Of a stretch of DNA of 64,000 nt, positions 28,401 to 36,702 are shown in pieces (within the stretch, counting starts at the first letter, position 1; each line of letters starts with the position of its first letter). This DNA comes from a virus. The stretch is from the IMG/VR virus record IMGVR_UViG_3300031159_000070, positions 64,001-128,000 of that record; one strand, given 5' to 3'. The translations under genes were made by a program, and so were the position numbers. The notes below the pieces were generated by a model. That model saw only the letters and a program-made list of their open reading frames with translations, did not search any database and had not been told where the DNA came from.

Positions 28401-28844
28401 TCCGCGCTGCAGCGGTTCAAGGATCGTTACGGGATCGATCTTGCGAAAAACGTCTCTGATATTGGGCTTGCGCATCGCATGGCTGAATACGCGTTGACCG
28501 GCAATGCGGCGTTCCTGAAGCTGGTTGACCAGGCCGTGCGGACTGGTGCGATCAGAGACGCCAAGATCGCCAGCGAGTTCATGGTCTATTCAGACTTGAC
28601 GGCTGCGGTGACAAAGCTCAAGCTTGGCACCGGCCATCCTGAGACGTACTTCGCCGGTGGATTTGATATCGGCGAGGGTTACACGAGTCGTCATGCCAAT
28701 GAGGCATTCGCCAACTGGTTCGCGCTGCATTCGAGCGATGTGACCGGTTGGCGCCTGCTTATGCAGCAGTATTTCCCGCGCGTCGTGGAGTCCAATGCGT
28801 CGATCCTGGATCGCATGGGAGCCGATGCGCATGGCGAACAGTGA
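22452..28844 (+). CDS. MuF (SPP1 gp7-like) minor head protein fused to ART-like, winged-HTH and zincin domains
   Basis: MuF motif AVLDNRTTPRC...PPLHVNCRS; ART-like VYR/FLSGT/HELVL; FRIVHDYFGH...TTETRGQNS; HEFGH...NEAFA. Confidence 0.9.
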   Translation: MPDTRLDELVKHRIGLERYQTSILRQVIPVLHDAEQDLVQIIREKLFDPRLTLSEARRLETTLRMVRKAQLEAYEVIFKRLWSEYRGLSAHEADWAKSYYRDLFAVQHSIEVPSASMLVAAALERPMSGRHLKAWADKMTAEHIAEVERQIRLGVIEGESIDQMVRRLRGTEAFRFRDGVTAKQRRSLEALVRTSVNHITNAAHLSFLQQNPEVFKKVQFVAVLDNRTTPRCRSLSGQIFDVDKAPVPPLHVNCRSTLVGLPTAPDGTPAAEPLADVSYEEWLREQPVAVQEDVLGVAKAKLFRIGDLKLDRFVDHTGKELTLDQLKRQERAAWERTFLTAEDRRAMSVIRRVNSLVNRAPEDLRPLAEIGQRAWQFLRFHSSQWLEAVATQWSRPVDPELVSLVFLLDFFDGPVTVQLYRSSAFWRSIIRRGLRPRPALVYPHTRMPRGLIVHPTVRRVRGELFPPPGRSRSPVPVGPRPRPGEGIIIDIDPTRPPQPPTPRPIVPPRRPDSIIIPPGRRGPATRRPPADMPVPPPRAPVPTERLPHVMRVIPDKGAEAIIPKIADDVQSLPPPSPVRVLPSPQPSQLPARVPALTNNLPAPKNPLRITVPELEAELDRLLPKEGARFNVEDALRNLWNAFKQRGHDGFEILDSQGVPRVRIGINEDQLTTFLDRWRAARAAFDQAQRPLLPAPPARPALPGAARVADRIEVRPGAQAPNVIHLPYRPPPHPLPPHGVPGDLAAVAKNQLGNGIRAIEDLPKPRARRRVPLAPRIAARRAREAEARRLVAEQQIRDLLAELNEINAGLEGLRPISRQLQARADVLQRLTLQNRLETDVTVYRPVRWANFAERMGPSPARLDKVIFESPSFLSGTGNEITAFEAGARFGKGPLVVMRINLKKGDVALAGNREAHELVLPAGSRLKVTAVRRMRASEIPADLRNLYPQNQEFWLADIEMVRPGDPVDRAITAARTTQQRYVDRMLRTPLDNEAEQAMRRTPYAPFRQVGEGVDEWPVYDPSSGEMLVGPPKAHPIIVLGREQRAIDPTDAASAPLFRRALGTLINRSGRAQPLTNEIAKEAEEIGNRYVKGFSLERFLRRLDAGNLSKADRFLPEPRADIVRKVRELIDVDMEQFGDAAGPLGHALLKKDPVAFARMVSQLSDARMSQYFLDRGYDATRAAVEGAELQRGARLFAELVDGITKGKARVKFYDLANVDGALRTYRGREHLAQAFEAWFALEYSPNPTWRRMIDHMMPGLDEVMRRVLRARSREAFPDVWAPTLRMAHNRRIVADPRAIDVDRLTFELEAPPASIAAGIRESVRQRFYDYLEGEGSLAKRVHNQIAKDLGISRQDVEVLIREAQRAGWVRAQGRGFRVVPADRRPPRPVGTPAISPTQHQRDLFYDYLEGKTGGSEKSLGSLSQAALRDLQREIGATPIQMSRLTFEAQEVGWLKRDARGQLRRTWTRGLERTDKAPPPRPKSQDIERIEGTLGTPAGRIEPAEAPKRRRGDDGDFGGTGGAGEGPAGPGPQGGGLSEPGGLRGSESELDPNIRASAEDPPLRNLPTQITVPGRGKVTFGPLKQARQAAIDYMRDAGLPYNPPRTYVKVDPARARRIAEAYEAMPHNPNDPEVKAAFKAMIEETLAQYQYIKKTGLKIEMMDLDQPDPYAASPRLAHLDVIENNHLWVYPTDAGFGSNADFDVSDNPLMQFTDEYLNGKRLRANDVFRIVHDYFGHFKEGVGFRADGEENAWRSHSAMYSPLARRAMTTETRGQNSWVNFGPHGEKNRTAKAEDTIFADQKTGLLPQWVVDEGAGDPPDVTPPAQPEPTRNILDRAHLTELVQRIVSEMRGVPLDRIAHQRLPVRTESEQTMVNEVWRHATLSPEIEKVISGAESITLSEPTDGPTYYDPVTGTLEIGRRNPSAPQDRVWIRHEFGHHLDLPMTPDGTVVQYSAAPEFGLAKAMQADLEQLARSYAPDAKVVLRAESALQRFKDRYGIDLAKNVSDIGLAHRMAEYALTGNAAFLKLVDQAVRTGAIRDAKIASEFMVYSDLTAAVTKLKLGTGHPETYFAGGFDIGEGYTSRHANEAFANWFALHSSDVTGWRLLMQQYFPRVVESNASILDRMGADAHGEQ
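26980..27189 (+). CDS. nested +1-frame small protein inside the MuF gene
   Basis: GAGGTG RBS; MATLAELEAREKDLLGRAPKAEDYPNPEAFAEARASWIRTYGPALRILRSEI...; overlies a Gly/Pro linker of MuF. Confidence 0.55.
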   Translation: MATLAELEAREKDLLGRAPKAEDYPNPEAFAEARASWIRTYGPALRILRSEISRRRSQSRAAARSRSGR

Positions 28845-29130
28845 GCTCACACCTGCTGCCATCAGTGTCCTGGCCGATGAACCATTTGCCAAGCGGATCG
28901 AGGACAACGGGCGGGTGCTGTCCGTTGATCTCTTCTTCGATGGCCCAGAATGCAAGGCGCGGCTCAAAGCCGGCAAGATCGACATCGTCTTGAGCGCCGG
29001 CGGCGCGGAGCGGCTGTCGCACGTGCTTTATGAGGCGGCGCGCACGGCAGAGCGCAAGATGCACTGGGCCAAAGTTCGCGGGCTTTCGCCGGCGCCTACC
29101 GCGAGTGCGCAAGCCGATCTTTTTGGTTGA
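28831..29130 (+). CDS. hypothetical protein
   Basis: Overlaps the MuF stop. Confidence 0.6.
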   Translation: MANSELTPAAISVLADEPFAKRIEDNGRVLSVDLFFDGPECKARLKAGKIDIVLSAGGAERLSHVLYEAARTAERKMHWAKVRGLSPAPTASAQADLFG

Positions 29131-29158
29131 AACAAATCAAAAAGCACTGAGCCGGCTG

Positions 29159-29368
29159 ATGTCCAAAGACAACTACGAGATCTTCCAGGATCTTCCTTGC
29201 GACAGGACGCTTCACGTCGTGCCGCTTGGCGATCTTCGCGAGCACGAGACAGAGCGCACGTGCTGGTGCCGACCGCGTCTCGAGATCGAGGGAGCCTATT
29301 GGATCCTCGTGCACAACAGCCTCGACGGCCGCGAGGCATTCGAGGAAGGCAGGAGAAAACCGTCGTGA
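29159..29368 (+). CDS. small His/Cys phage protein
   Basis: HVVPLGDLREH...CWCRP...VHNSLDGRE. Confidence 0.7.
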   Translation: MSKDNYEIFQDLPCDRTLHVVPLGDLREHETERTCWCRPRLEIEGAYWILVHNSLDGREAFEEGRRKPS

Positions 29369-29637
29369 CACTCACCATCTGTTGTCCCGCTTGCGGCTGG
29401 ACGGGGTCAAAAGAAGATCCACATGAAATCCTTCATAAGGTCCTGGATGAGCCGAAGCTCTCAGGAAAAGATGACCTCGCCTACCAACCCATTCGCTGCG
29501 GTGCCTGCGGACACGAGTTCTATCCGCTGGCAATTATAGGCGGCAAGCTCACCAGTCACTTCTTCGACGAAAACGGAAAGCGCTGGGAAGGCGATCAGAA
29601 GCATTTCTGGTGGAATCCGAATCCTGCCAATGCCTGA
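29365..29637 (+). CDS. Zn-ribbon protein
   Basis: GTG start coupled by GTGA, AGGAG RBS; CPAC...CGAC. Confidence 0.6.
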   Translation: MTLTICCPACGWTGSKEDPHEILHKVLDEPKLSGKDDLAYQPIRCGACGHEFYPLAIIGGKLTSHFFDENGKRWEGDQKHFWWNPNPANA

Positions 29638-29851
29638 CCCTGTTTTTGATCACGGTCCCCTCAAGGATGATTGGGACCGTTATGCAGAGTTGTTCGGCCC
29701 GTTGCCGTTTCACGTTCACAAACTCGAGTCCAAAACACTGCGTGCGCTAGCAGATCTGATCTCAGCTGCAGTTGCGCGCGGCTCCCCAATCACAAAGTCC
29801 GAACTTGACGGGATCGGCTACGAGCACCCGCACCCTGGGCTTTTCCACTGA
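29630..29851 (+). CDS. hypothetical protein
   Basis: 73 aa, overlaps the previous stop. Confidence 0.55.
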   Translation: MPDPVFDHGPLKDDWDRYAELFGPLPFHVHKLESKTLRALADLISAAVARGSPITKSELDGIGYEHPHPGLFH

Positions 29852-29870
29852 ACTCAAGAGGGCACTGGCT

Positions 29871-30308
29871 ATGAGCAAGTCGAACGCCTTTGAAACGGCG
29901 CTGCTGAAGCTGATTTTCCAGAATACCGACATCACCAACCTTGGCGATGCGAATGGAGTTCTTGGCAGCGATACCGCCGGCAATCTCTATGTCAGCTTGC
30001 ATACCGGTGATCCCGGCGAGAGTGGTAATCAGGAAACCAATGAGGCTGACTATACCGGTTACGAGCGTGTCGCTGTGGTCCGATCTGCTTCGGGATGGAC
30101 GGTGAACGGGAACGCGGTCAATCCGGCTGCCAATATCGATTTTCCGCAGTGTACCGGTGGCACCAATACCATCACGCATTTTGGTGTCGGCACGGCAGCA
30201 AGCGGTACTGGTATGCTGCTCTACAAGGGAACAGTCACCCCGAACATCAATGTCAGCGAGGGCGTGACGCCAAGGCTGACTACCGACACGAATATCACCG
30301 AGGACTGA
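29871..30308 (+). CDS. virion structural/fibre-associated protein
   Basis: MSKSNAFETALL...LYVSLHTGDPG...YERVAV...IDFP...ITHFGV: common phage structural family. Confidence 0.75.
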   Translation: MSKSNAFETALLKLIFQNTDITNLGDANGVLGSDTAGNLYVSLHTGDPGESGNQETNEADYTGYERVAVVRSASGWTVNGNAVNPAANIDFPQCTGGTNTITHFGVGTAASGTGMLLYKGTVTPNINVSEGVTPRLTTDTNITED

Positions 30309-30335
30309 TCGGTTCGATTCCGTCGGGATCGAACG

Positions 30336-30366
30336 GGGACCGCCTAGTGCGGTCCCTTTCTTTTTT
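30336..30366 (+). terminator. rho-independent terminator
   Basis: GGGACCGC-CTAGT-GCGGTCCC followed by TTTCTTTTTT. Confidence 0.8.
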
Positions 30367-30376
30367 GGGGTTCGCG

Positions 30377-31063
30377 ATGGGAAAGCTTTTCGATCTTGTG
30401 CGCGTCGTGACGAGCACGACCGGGCAGGGGACCATAACGCTTGGGCCGGCGGTTGATGGATTCCTGACGTTCGCCGAAGCCGGTGTGCAGAATGGCGACG
30501 TCGTCTCTTATGGCCTGCGCACTCTCGATGGTCAGCACGCCGAGGTCGGCGAGGGCACCTATTCCTCGAGCGGGCCGACGATGACGCGATCCGTCTCGGC
30601 TTCGACAAATGGCGGAGATCCCATCGACCTCGATGGACCAGCGGTCATCTTCATCACGCCGAGAGCCGTCGATTTTCTGCTGGCCGCCGTCGCGGCCGAT
30701 TTTCGTGTCGGCACTGCGCTCAACAAGGCGCTCACGCCGAAGGCGGTTTGGGACGGCGCCGAATACGTCTCGCTGACGGATGCGAGCACGATTGCCGTCG
30801 ACATGAGCGCCGGCTTCAATTTCCAGGTCACACTCGGCGGCAACCGGACATTAGGCAATCCGACGAGCGCCAAGCCTGGTCAATCCGGCGTGATCAAGAT
30901 CAATACCAACGGCAGCAACCGCACTTTGGCATTCGGCTCCAACTGGAAAGCGGCTGGCGGCGAGGCGCCGGATATCTCTGATACCGACACGATCGATCTG
31001 CTGTTCTACCACGTCGTCGAATCCGATTTCATCGTTTACTCCCTGCTGACGGACGTGAGCTGA
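30377..31063 (+). CDS. fibre-like structural protein
   Basis: TSTTGQGTITLG...EVGEGTY N-domain; C-terminal LTDASTI...LGGNRTLGNPT module shared with 50754-51878. Confidence 0.75.
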   Translation: MGKLFDLVRVVTSTTGQGTITLGPAVDGFLTFAEAGVQNGDVVSYGLRTLDGQHAEVGEGTYSSSGPTMTRSVSASTNGGDPIDLDGPAVIFITPRAVDFLLAAVAADFRVGTALNKALTPKAVWDGAEYVSLTDASTIAVDMSAGFNFQVTLGGNRTLGNPTSAKPGQSGVIKINTNGSNRTLAFGSNWKAAGGEAPDISDTDTIDLLFYHVVESDFIVYSLLTDVS

Positions 31064-31107
31064 TGATCCTGGCTGCAACAGCCGGATAAGTCGCCGAGGG
31101 CGCGGCC

Positions 31108-34100
31108 GTGGCCAATAAGCCAACCGATATCCACTATGAAGGCCAGATTCTTTTCGGATCTGTCGGGCAGTTCGGTCTTGGTGACCCAGGGTTTCCCCGG
31201 GGCAGCGCTGTTGGAACCGCCGCCGGCTCATCATCTGCATCTGGTGGCGGTGGCCGGCTTACCGCACCACTTCTCCCTGTCCATCTCGTCGGGCATGTAC
31301 TTTTCGGCGCGATAGGACAGTTCGGGCTTGGGGATGCGGGCGATCTCAATCCGATCGTTGAAGCCGCTGGCTCCGCATCGGCCAGCGCTGAAGCCAACGC
31401 GTCAGCGACCACCGTTCTCTCATCGACCGCCTCGGCTGTCGGTTCGGCAACCAGCACAGGTGCTGGAACCGGCATATTCGATGCGGCGGCCAGCGCCGAT
31501 GGTGACGCGCAAGCATCGGCGACTGGCCTTGGTTTGGCGGTCGTCGCGGCAGTAGGCAGCGCATCAGGAACTTCGCAAGCAACGAGTGCGAGTGTTGCGA
31601 CTGCTGCAGCCTCCGGCAGCTCATCCTCGCTCGCAGAGCTTGTCGCAGTTGGTGCTGCGACCTCGGCCGCGGCAGCTTCGAGCTCTGCCGCAGCTACAGC
31701 TGCCGCCATTGGCGCTGCTGCGGTTCAAGCTATCGGTGTAAGCACTGGATCTTCTGCAGCCGAAGGAACGTCAGCGCCCGTTGCTGCTGGAGCCGGCGAG
31801 AGCGCTGCATCTGCTGCTGTTGCCGGCTCGCTTCACGCACGAGCCGATGCGACTGGCTCGGTTTCAGGAACGTCAACCGCATCAGCTGCGGCGTTGCTGA
31901 CAGCTGCGGCGACTGGCGCGAGTTCCGCAGCAGGCAGCGCAACAGCTGCCGGGCGAGAAGTTGCCCTCCAGACGCGCGTTGACCGCGAGGGCCACGTTCT
32001 CTTCGGTGCGCTGGGCCAGTTCGGGCTTGGTGATGCCGGCGAGATCCCCGGTATCCTGCTTGCTTCGGCCGGAATCAGCGCTGGCGTAGCGGCGGCAGAT
32101 GCAATCGGGCGGTCAATCGCAACCGCTGCCGGATCGGCTGTCGCCACCTCCACCGCCGCCGCGTTTGGTATCGGCGAGATCGGCACGTCCGGAACCGTTG
32201 CCGGACAGAGCACCGCTGCGGGCGTTGGCAGCGCCATTGCTGCTGCTGCTGGATCCGTTGTCGACGCGAGCGGTTCCGCTGACGGCCATGCACTTTCACA
32301 AGCTTCCGGCGTCGGTGTTGCTATCGGCAACGCGTCGGCCAGCGCCGTCGGCAGATCAACATCTGATGCCGCTGGCACTTCTGCAGCCGTTGCTTCCGCG
32401 GTCGCGGCCGGTGCAAGCATCATTGACTCGTCAGGCGTTGCTGCGGCTGCCGCGACAGCTGCCGCGCAAGGTGCCGCCACTGCAGCCCGCGCTGGGATTG
32501 TTTCGTGTTCTGCTGCTGTCAGCGGGAACACTGCTGCCACCGCATCGGCCTCAGGCAACGCATCGGCCGAGACAACCGCTCTTGCTGATGGCGCCTCTAC
32601 GAGCGAGGCAGCTGGCAGCACATCCGCCACGGCCGATGCGGACGGGCGCGGTCGAGCTGTCGCCCCACTGAGGCCCGTTGACCGCGAAGGTCACGTTCTC
32701 TTCGGTGCGCTGGGTCAGTTCGGACTTGGCGATGCTGGCGATAATCTTACTGGCACCGTTCAGGCCGTGGGCTCGAGTAGTGGTGCGGCGCAGACATCTG
32801 CGATTGGCGCGTCCACTGCAGCAGCGGATGGCGTTGCAGCTGCTGTCGCCAGTACGAGCGGCGTTGCGTCAACGATCGCTGCCGCGTCCGGTCAGTGCCA
32901 GGCGCAGAGCGGCGTCGCCGGTGCTGGCTCGACGGTCATCAACGCAAGCGGCTCTGCTGAAGCTGCGTCCGGCGCTGAGGGGCGCGGCGCATCCATAAGC
33001 GCAGCCGCGGCCACGGCGGCAGGCGCAAGCACGACCAGCGCGAAAGGCGCATCGCGGTTTTCGGCTTATGGCCTTATCATCGCCATGGCCGCCGCGCTCG
33101 CGCTGTGGATTGCTACCCACAGCAGTATCGGCCTGTCCGTTTCTGGTGCTTCTGCTGCAGCCCGTGGGGCTTCCATCGCGGCAAGCGCAGGGCAGGCGAG
33201 TGGCACCAGTGCTGTCGATGGTGGCGGTGCATCAACGCATGCCGCATCTGGGTCAAGCGCCGGCGCAGCCACAGCATCTGCCGAGTCGGCGCTGACCGGC
33301 GAAGCGAGCGGTCTGGCGCAAGGTCTTGCAGCCGTCGAAGGTGTCGGTCAGTCGACCGCGGCAAGCGCGGGTGCTGCTGGCGGTGATGCCGCGAGCCAGG
33401 CTGTTCTGGCAGCGACTGCCAGCGCAGTCGGATCGGCGCAAGGAACCGCGAACGCTGCAGCCGACGGCGCCAGTTCCGCTGCCGGCGTCGGTACAGCGAT
33501 TGGCCAGAGCGAGGTTGCCGGCGAGGCCAGATCGTCTGCTGCATCGGCCGGATCCTCCCCTGGCCTTGCAACCGTCGAAGGCACTGGCGCGGCCACAGCC
33601 GCTGCTGTCGGTGTGTCGGATGCTATTGCATCCGTGTCGGCCGGCTTCTCGGCCACCGACGCTGGCGTCGGCGCGGTTGCCGGTGTTGCAACGGCGGCGG
33701 CGAAGGCCGAAGCGACCGCTGCCGGGACAGGCAAGGCCGAAGGATCGGTTGCTGTCCTGGGCGCTGGAACCGGCATCGCCCCGGCCGCTGGCAGTGGCGA
33801 TGGTGCTGCAGAGGCCGCAGCTGCTGGCGAAGCCGCGGCGATCACTGTCGGCGAGACGGCCGGCTCGAGCACTGTTGCTGGAACCGGCGCTGCCACCGCG
33901 GAAGGCTCCGGTTCCGCGATCGGCACCAGCGTTGTCAGCGGCGGCGCAAGTGCGACAGCTGCCGGCGTCGGACAGGTTGCTTGCGTCGCAACGTCGGAAA
34001 GCACCGGAGCTCCGATAGCGGCTGCTGCTGGTGGCGTGTCAGGCGATGCCATCGTTGATGGTCAGAGTCTGCCGCTTGTCACCCTCTCCGGCGACGGTCT

Positions 34101-35409
34101 TGCCGAGGGCTCTGCGACCGCTAACGGCGTCGTCGCCGCAACGCATGCATCCGCCGCCGAAGCCGTAGCCGCATCGCTTGTTTCAGCTGTTGGCGCTGCG
34201 ACGGCTCAAGCCCGTGGGTCCGTCGAGGCGAGCTCGAGCGTCGCCGGCGTTGTCTTCTCGACAGCAGCCGCGACCGGTGCGGCGGCGGGCAGCTCGACTG
34301 CCGATGCGGAAGCTGCTTGGACGGCAGCTGCTGCCGGCGACGCGGATGCCAGCGCTTCTATCAGTGGTGATGCGGAATCAACCGCCGCAGCTGCCGGTCG
34401 GTCCGAAAACCTGGCCGCGGTTGATGGGCGAGCTGCGGCCCGTGCTGATGCTGCAGGTGTCGGTGCCGGCGTCGCTACTGCCGATGGCGCACTTCGCGCG
34501 GATGCGTTTGCTGCAGGCTTTGGCCAAGGCGAAGCGGCAGCGGCGGCGCAAGGAGCGGCGGCGGCGGCTGCTGCCGGGGAGGTCTCCGCCAGCGCGAGCG
34601 TGGCAGGCGCAGGCGCTTCGACGGCAGCTGCTGTTGCGGAGAGTGCCGGCGCTGTTGCAGTCGAGGGCAGTGCTGCAGCCACTGCCGCTACCGTTGCAAC
34701 GGCCGAAGCTGTTGCCGATGCTCATGCGACCGGTGCTGCGACGGCGAGCGCAGCTGGTGTTGCTGCTGGTGAGGCGAGCGCTGTCGCCGATGCCCGAAAG
34801 CTCCTGTCGGGCGCCGGCGCGAGCGAGGGCCAGGCGAGCGCAAGTGCCCACGGCGTTGCGCTACGCATGGGAGCGGGCGCTGCGGTCGGCGAGGCCTCCG
34901 CGGCTGCGACGGGCCGGGCGACGCATTCGGCTGTTGCGGCTGCGTCCGGTTCCGCAGAAGTCGCGGCACAGCACGATTCGATCCTGTGGTGGGAAGGCCT
35001 GGCCTCGGGCCACGCCACCGCCGCCGGCGTCGGTAAGGCGCTGCATCAGCTCAACATCCAGTCCGATCACTGGCCTGCAGCGGCGCTCGCCGTGTCCGCG
35101 GAGCCCGCCGCTGAGATCGACGTGGTTGCGCAGGCGCCGGTCGCAATTGCTGTAAGTGTGCGTGGCGAGGCACCACCAAAGACAGCGAAGTCTCGCAAGC
35201 TGCATGTTGCCACGCGCGTGATGTCGCTGAGCGAAGTCGAAGTCTCACACGATAGTGCGATGGAAATGTCGGTCTCGAGCGGCCCGGCGGTGATCATCTC
35301 GACGCTTGTTCTCGAGCTGGTCGAGACGGGGTCGAGCAACGGACCCGAGATCGACACCGATGCATCTCATGGGCCGAAGGCAAGAATTGCAACCCGAGCG
35401 AGGTCGTGA
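31108..35409 (+). CDS. Ala/Gly/Ser-rich 20-aa-repeat fibre-like protein
   Basis: 1433 aa; long 20-residue periodicity; four (H/Q)(V/I)LFGxxGQFGLGD motifs. Confidence 0.8.
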   Translation: MANKPTDIHYEGQILFGSVGQFGLGDPGFPRGSAVGTAAGSSSASGGGGRLTAPLLPVHLVGHVLFGAIGQFGLGDAGDLNPIVEAAGSASASAEANASATTVLSSTASAVGSATSTGAGTGIFDAAASADGDAQASATGLGLAVVAAVGSASGTSQATSASVATAAASGSSSSLAELVAVGAATSAAAASSSAAATAAAIGAAAVQAIGVSTGSSAAEGTSAPVAAGAGESAASAAVAGSLHARADATGSVSGTSTASAAALLTAAATGASSAAGSATAAGREVALQTRVDREGHVLFGALGQFGLGDAGEIPGILLASAGISAGVAAADAIGRSIATAAGSAVATSTAAAFGIGEIGTSGTVAGQSTAAGVGSAIAAAAGSVVDASGSADGHALSQASGVGVAIGNASASAVGRSTSDAAGTSAAVASAVAAGASIIDSSGVAAAAATAAAQGAATAARAGIVSCSAAVSGNTAATASASGNASAETTALADGASTSEAAGSTSATADADGRGRAVAPLRPVDREGHVLFGALGQFGLGDAGDNLTGTVQAVGSSSGAAQTSAIGASTAAADGVAAAVASTSGVASTIAAASGQCQAQSGVAGAGSTVINASGSAEAASGAEGRGASISAAAATAAGASTTSAKGASRFSAYGLIIAMAAALALWIATHSSIGLSVSGASAAARGASIAASAGQASGTSAVDGGGASTHAASGSSAGAATASAESALTGEASGLAQGLAAVEGVGQSTAASAGAAGGDAASQAVLAATASAVGSAQGTANAAADGASSAAGVGTAIGQSEVAGEARSSAASAGSSPGLATVEGTGAATAAAVGVSDAIASVSAGFSATDAGVGAVAGVATAAAKAEATAAGTGKAEGSVAVLGAGTGIAPAAGSGDGAAEAAAAGEAAAITVGETAGSSTVAGTGAATAEGSGSAIGTSVVSGGASATAAGVGQVACVATSESTGAPIAAAAGGVSGDAIVDGQSLPLVTLSGDGLAEGSATANGVVAATHASAAEAVAASLVSAVGAATAQARGSVEASSSVAGVVFSTAAATGAAAGSSTADAEAAWTAAAAGDADASASISGDAESTAAAAGRSENLAAVDGRAAARADAAGVGAGVATADGALRADAFAAGFGQGEAAAAAQGAAAAAAAGEVSASASVAGAGASTAAAVAESAGAVAVEGSAAATAATVATAEAVADAHATGAATASAAGVAAGEASAVADARKLLSGAGASEGQASASAHGVALRMGAGAAVGEASAAATGRATHSAVAAASGSAEVAAQHDSILWWEGLASGHATAAGVGKALHQLNIQSDHWPAAALAVSAEPAAEIDVVAQAPVAIAVSVRGEAPPKTAKSRKLHVATRVMSLSEVEVSHDSAMEMSVSSGPAVIISTLVLELVETGSSNGPEIDTDASHGPKARIATRARS

Positions 35410-35705
35410 TGATACCCCTTGGCAATACTGTCGTCGTCTCTGCTGTCATCAGGGACAAGGCCACGAAGGCGCTGATCGATCCTGAAACGCTGCGCTGTCG
35501 CGTCAAGCGGCGCGCGAAGGACGCGGAAGAGACCGTTTATGTGTACGGCACGCATCCCGAGTTGACCCGGCGCAGTGTGGGCACCTATGAGCTGAGAATC
35601 ACACCAGACGCGCCTGGCGCCTGGATCTATCGTTGGGAAGGCGACGGACCGTTTGAGAGCGCGCGGGAAGGCACGTTCAACATCGAGCCGAGCAATTTCG
35701 GATGA
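35406..35705 (+). CDS. small Ig-like beta-sandwich virion protein
   Basis: DP...GTYEL...PGAWIYRWEG pattern. Confidence 0.6.
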   Translation: MMIPLGNTVVVSAVIRDKATKALIDPETLRCRVKRRAKDAEETVYVYGTHPELTRRSVGTYELRITPDAPGAWIYRWEGDGPFESAREGTFNIEPSNFG

Positions 35706-35989
35706 CGGACTATTCTCCTGAAAGCTTCGCCGACCATCCAGAATCGATCCAGGAGCTTCGCTCCGACAGGACGCAGAATGCCGCTGACTGGTCACCGCGC
35801 GATGCGCTGATTGCGATGTTGAGAAAGATCGATCGCGGCGAGATCGACTCCGATGCGCTGGTTGTGGTCTGGCGCCAGCGCAAGGGCGAAGGCGTAGCTG
35901 AGTCGGGTTTTGCTGTGGCAAGTCCGGATGTGCATGTAACGCTCGGCTTGCTGGTTCACGCCCAGCACAAAGTGATGGGATTGCCCTGA
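35702..35989 (+). CDS. hypothetical protein
   Basis: 95 aa, ATGA-coupled. Confidence 0.7.
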   Translation: MTDYSPESFADHPESIQELRSDRTQNAADWSPRDALIAMLRKIDRGEIDSDALVVVWRQRKGEGVAESGFAVASPDVHVTLGLLVHAQHKVMGLP

Positions 35990-36204
35990 TGGCTGACGAA
36001 GACGAGGATGAGATCGAGATCCCAGAGCGTACCTTCGAGCAGGCGCTGGAAGGGCTCGTTTCGGTCGGCGGCGCGGGACCTGGCGGAGCGCTGCGGTTCT
36101 ATGATGCCGAGGGCCATATCCTGACGCCTGAGCAGATCGCGCGGCGCCCGCCGCCGAGGAAGGCGCCCAACATCAAGCTGAAGTTTCGCGCTCGCCGGGA
36201 TTAG
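35989..36204 (+). CDS. hypothetical protein
   Basis: 71 aa, TGATG-coupled. Confidence 0.6.
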   Translation: MADEDEDEIEIPERTFEQALEGLVSVGGAGPGGALRFYDAEGHILTPEQIARRPPPRKAPNIKLKFRARRD

Positions 36205-36403
36205 TCTCGTCGCACCACGCCATGAGCGCGCCGATCTTCTGAGTTGCTTCGGCTTCGATCTCGGCGCAGGTCGGTCTTCCGAGTGCTCTGTCGATGCGGT
36301 CCAGTATGTGCTGTCGCGCGAACGGAGTTGCCGGGCCGCCGTAGATCATGTGGTAGGCGTCATTCAAAAGGCGCTCCAGCTCTTTCACGCGATCGGCAGT
36401 CAT
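36173..36403 (-). CDS. hypothetical protein
   Basis: 76 aa, ATGA-coupled to the upstream gene. Confidence 0.55.
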   Translation of the reverse strand: MTADRVKELERLLNDAYHMIYGGPATPFARQHILDRIDRALGRPTCAEIEAEATQKIGALMAWCDETNPGERETSA

Positions 36404-36702
36404 GGGCGGGGTTCCAGCTCAGCCTCGAGCTCGACCACTACCGCGTCGACCTCATTCAGGAATTGCAGCGCCGCGCGGGCCAGCTTCTTCTGTCTCTCAA
36501 AGGACTTCGAGTAGATCATGTCGCGATAGAGCGTCGGGTCGAGGATGTGTCCGACGTTGTGCATGTGGTGCTCCGCTTCCAAAAGCGTTTCGAGGTGCGG
36601 CTTCACCGCCTTCAGGTTCTGATACAGGAAGCCGATCGTGTCCATCGCCAGCTTGTGCTCGGGCGATACGTTGTTCCTGTACTTCTCGGCTGGATCAACC
36701 AT
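36400..36702 (-). CDS. hypothetical protein
   Basis: Helical ORF from MVDPAEKY. Confidence 0.6.
   Translation of the reverse strand: MVDPAEKYRNNVSPEHKLAMDTIGFLYQNLKAVKPHLETLLEAEHHMHNVGHILDPTLYRDMIYSKSFERQKKLARAALQFLNEVDAVVVELEAELEPRP

Noticed and set aside
31141-32741. Repeated GQFGLGD-coding DNA as a CRISPR array or DGR template/variable pair
   Set aside because: Spacing is irregular, differences between the two closest copies are synonymous third-position changes, and no cas or reverse transcriptase gene is present.
31108-35409. Ice-nucleation or autotransporter call for the Ala/Gly/Ser protein
   Set aside because: Period is 20 aa without AGYGST octamers; no signal peptide or beta-barrel.
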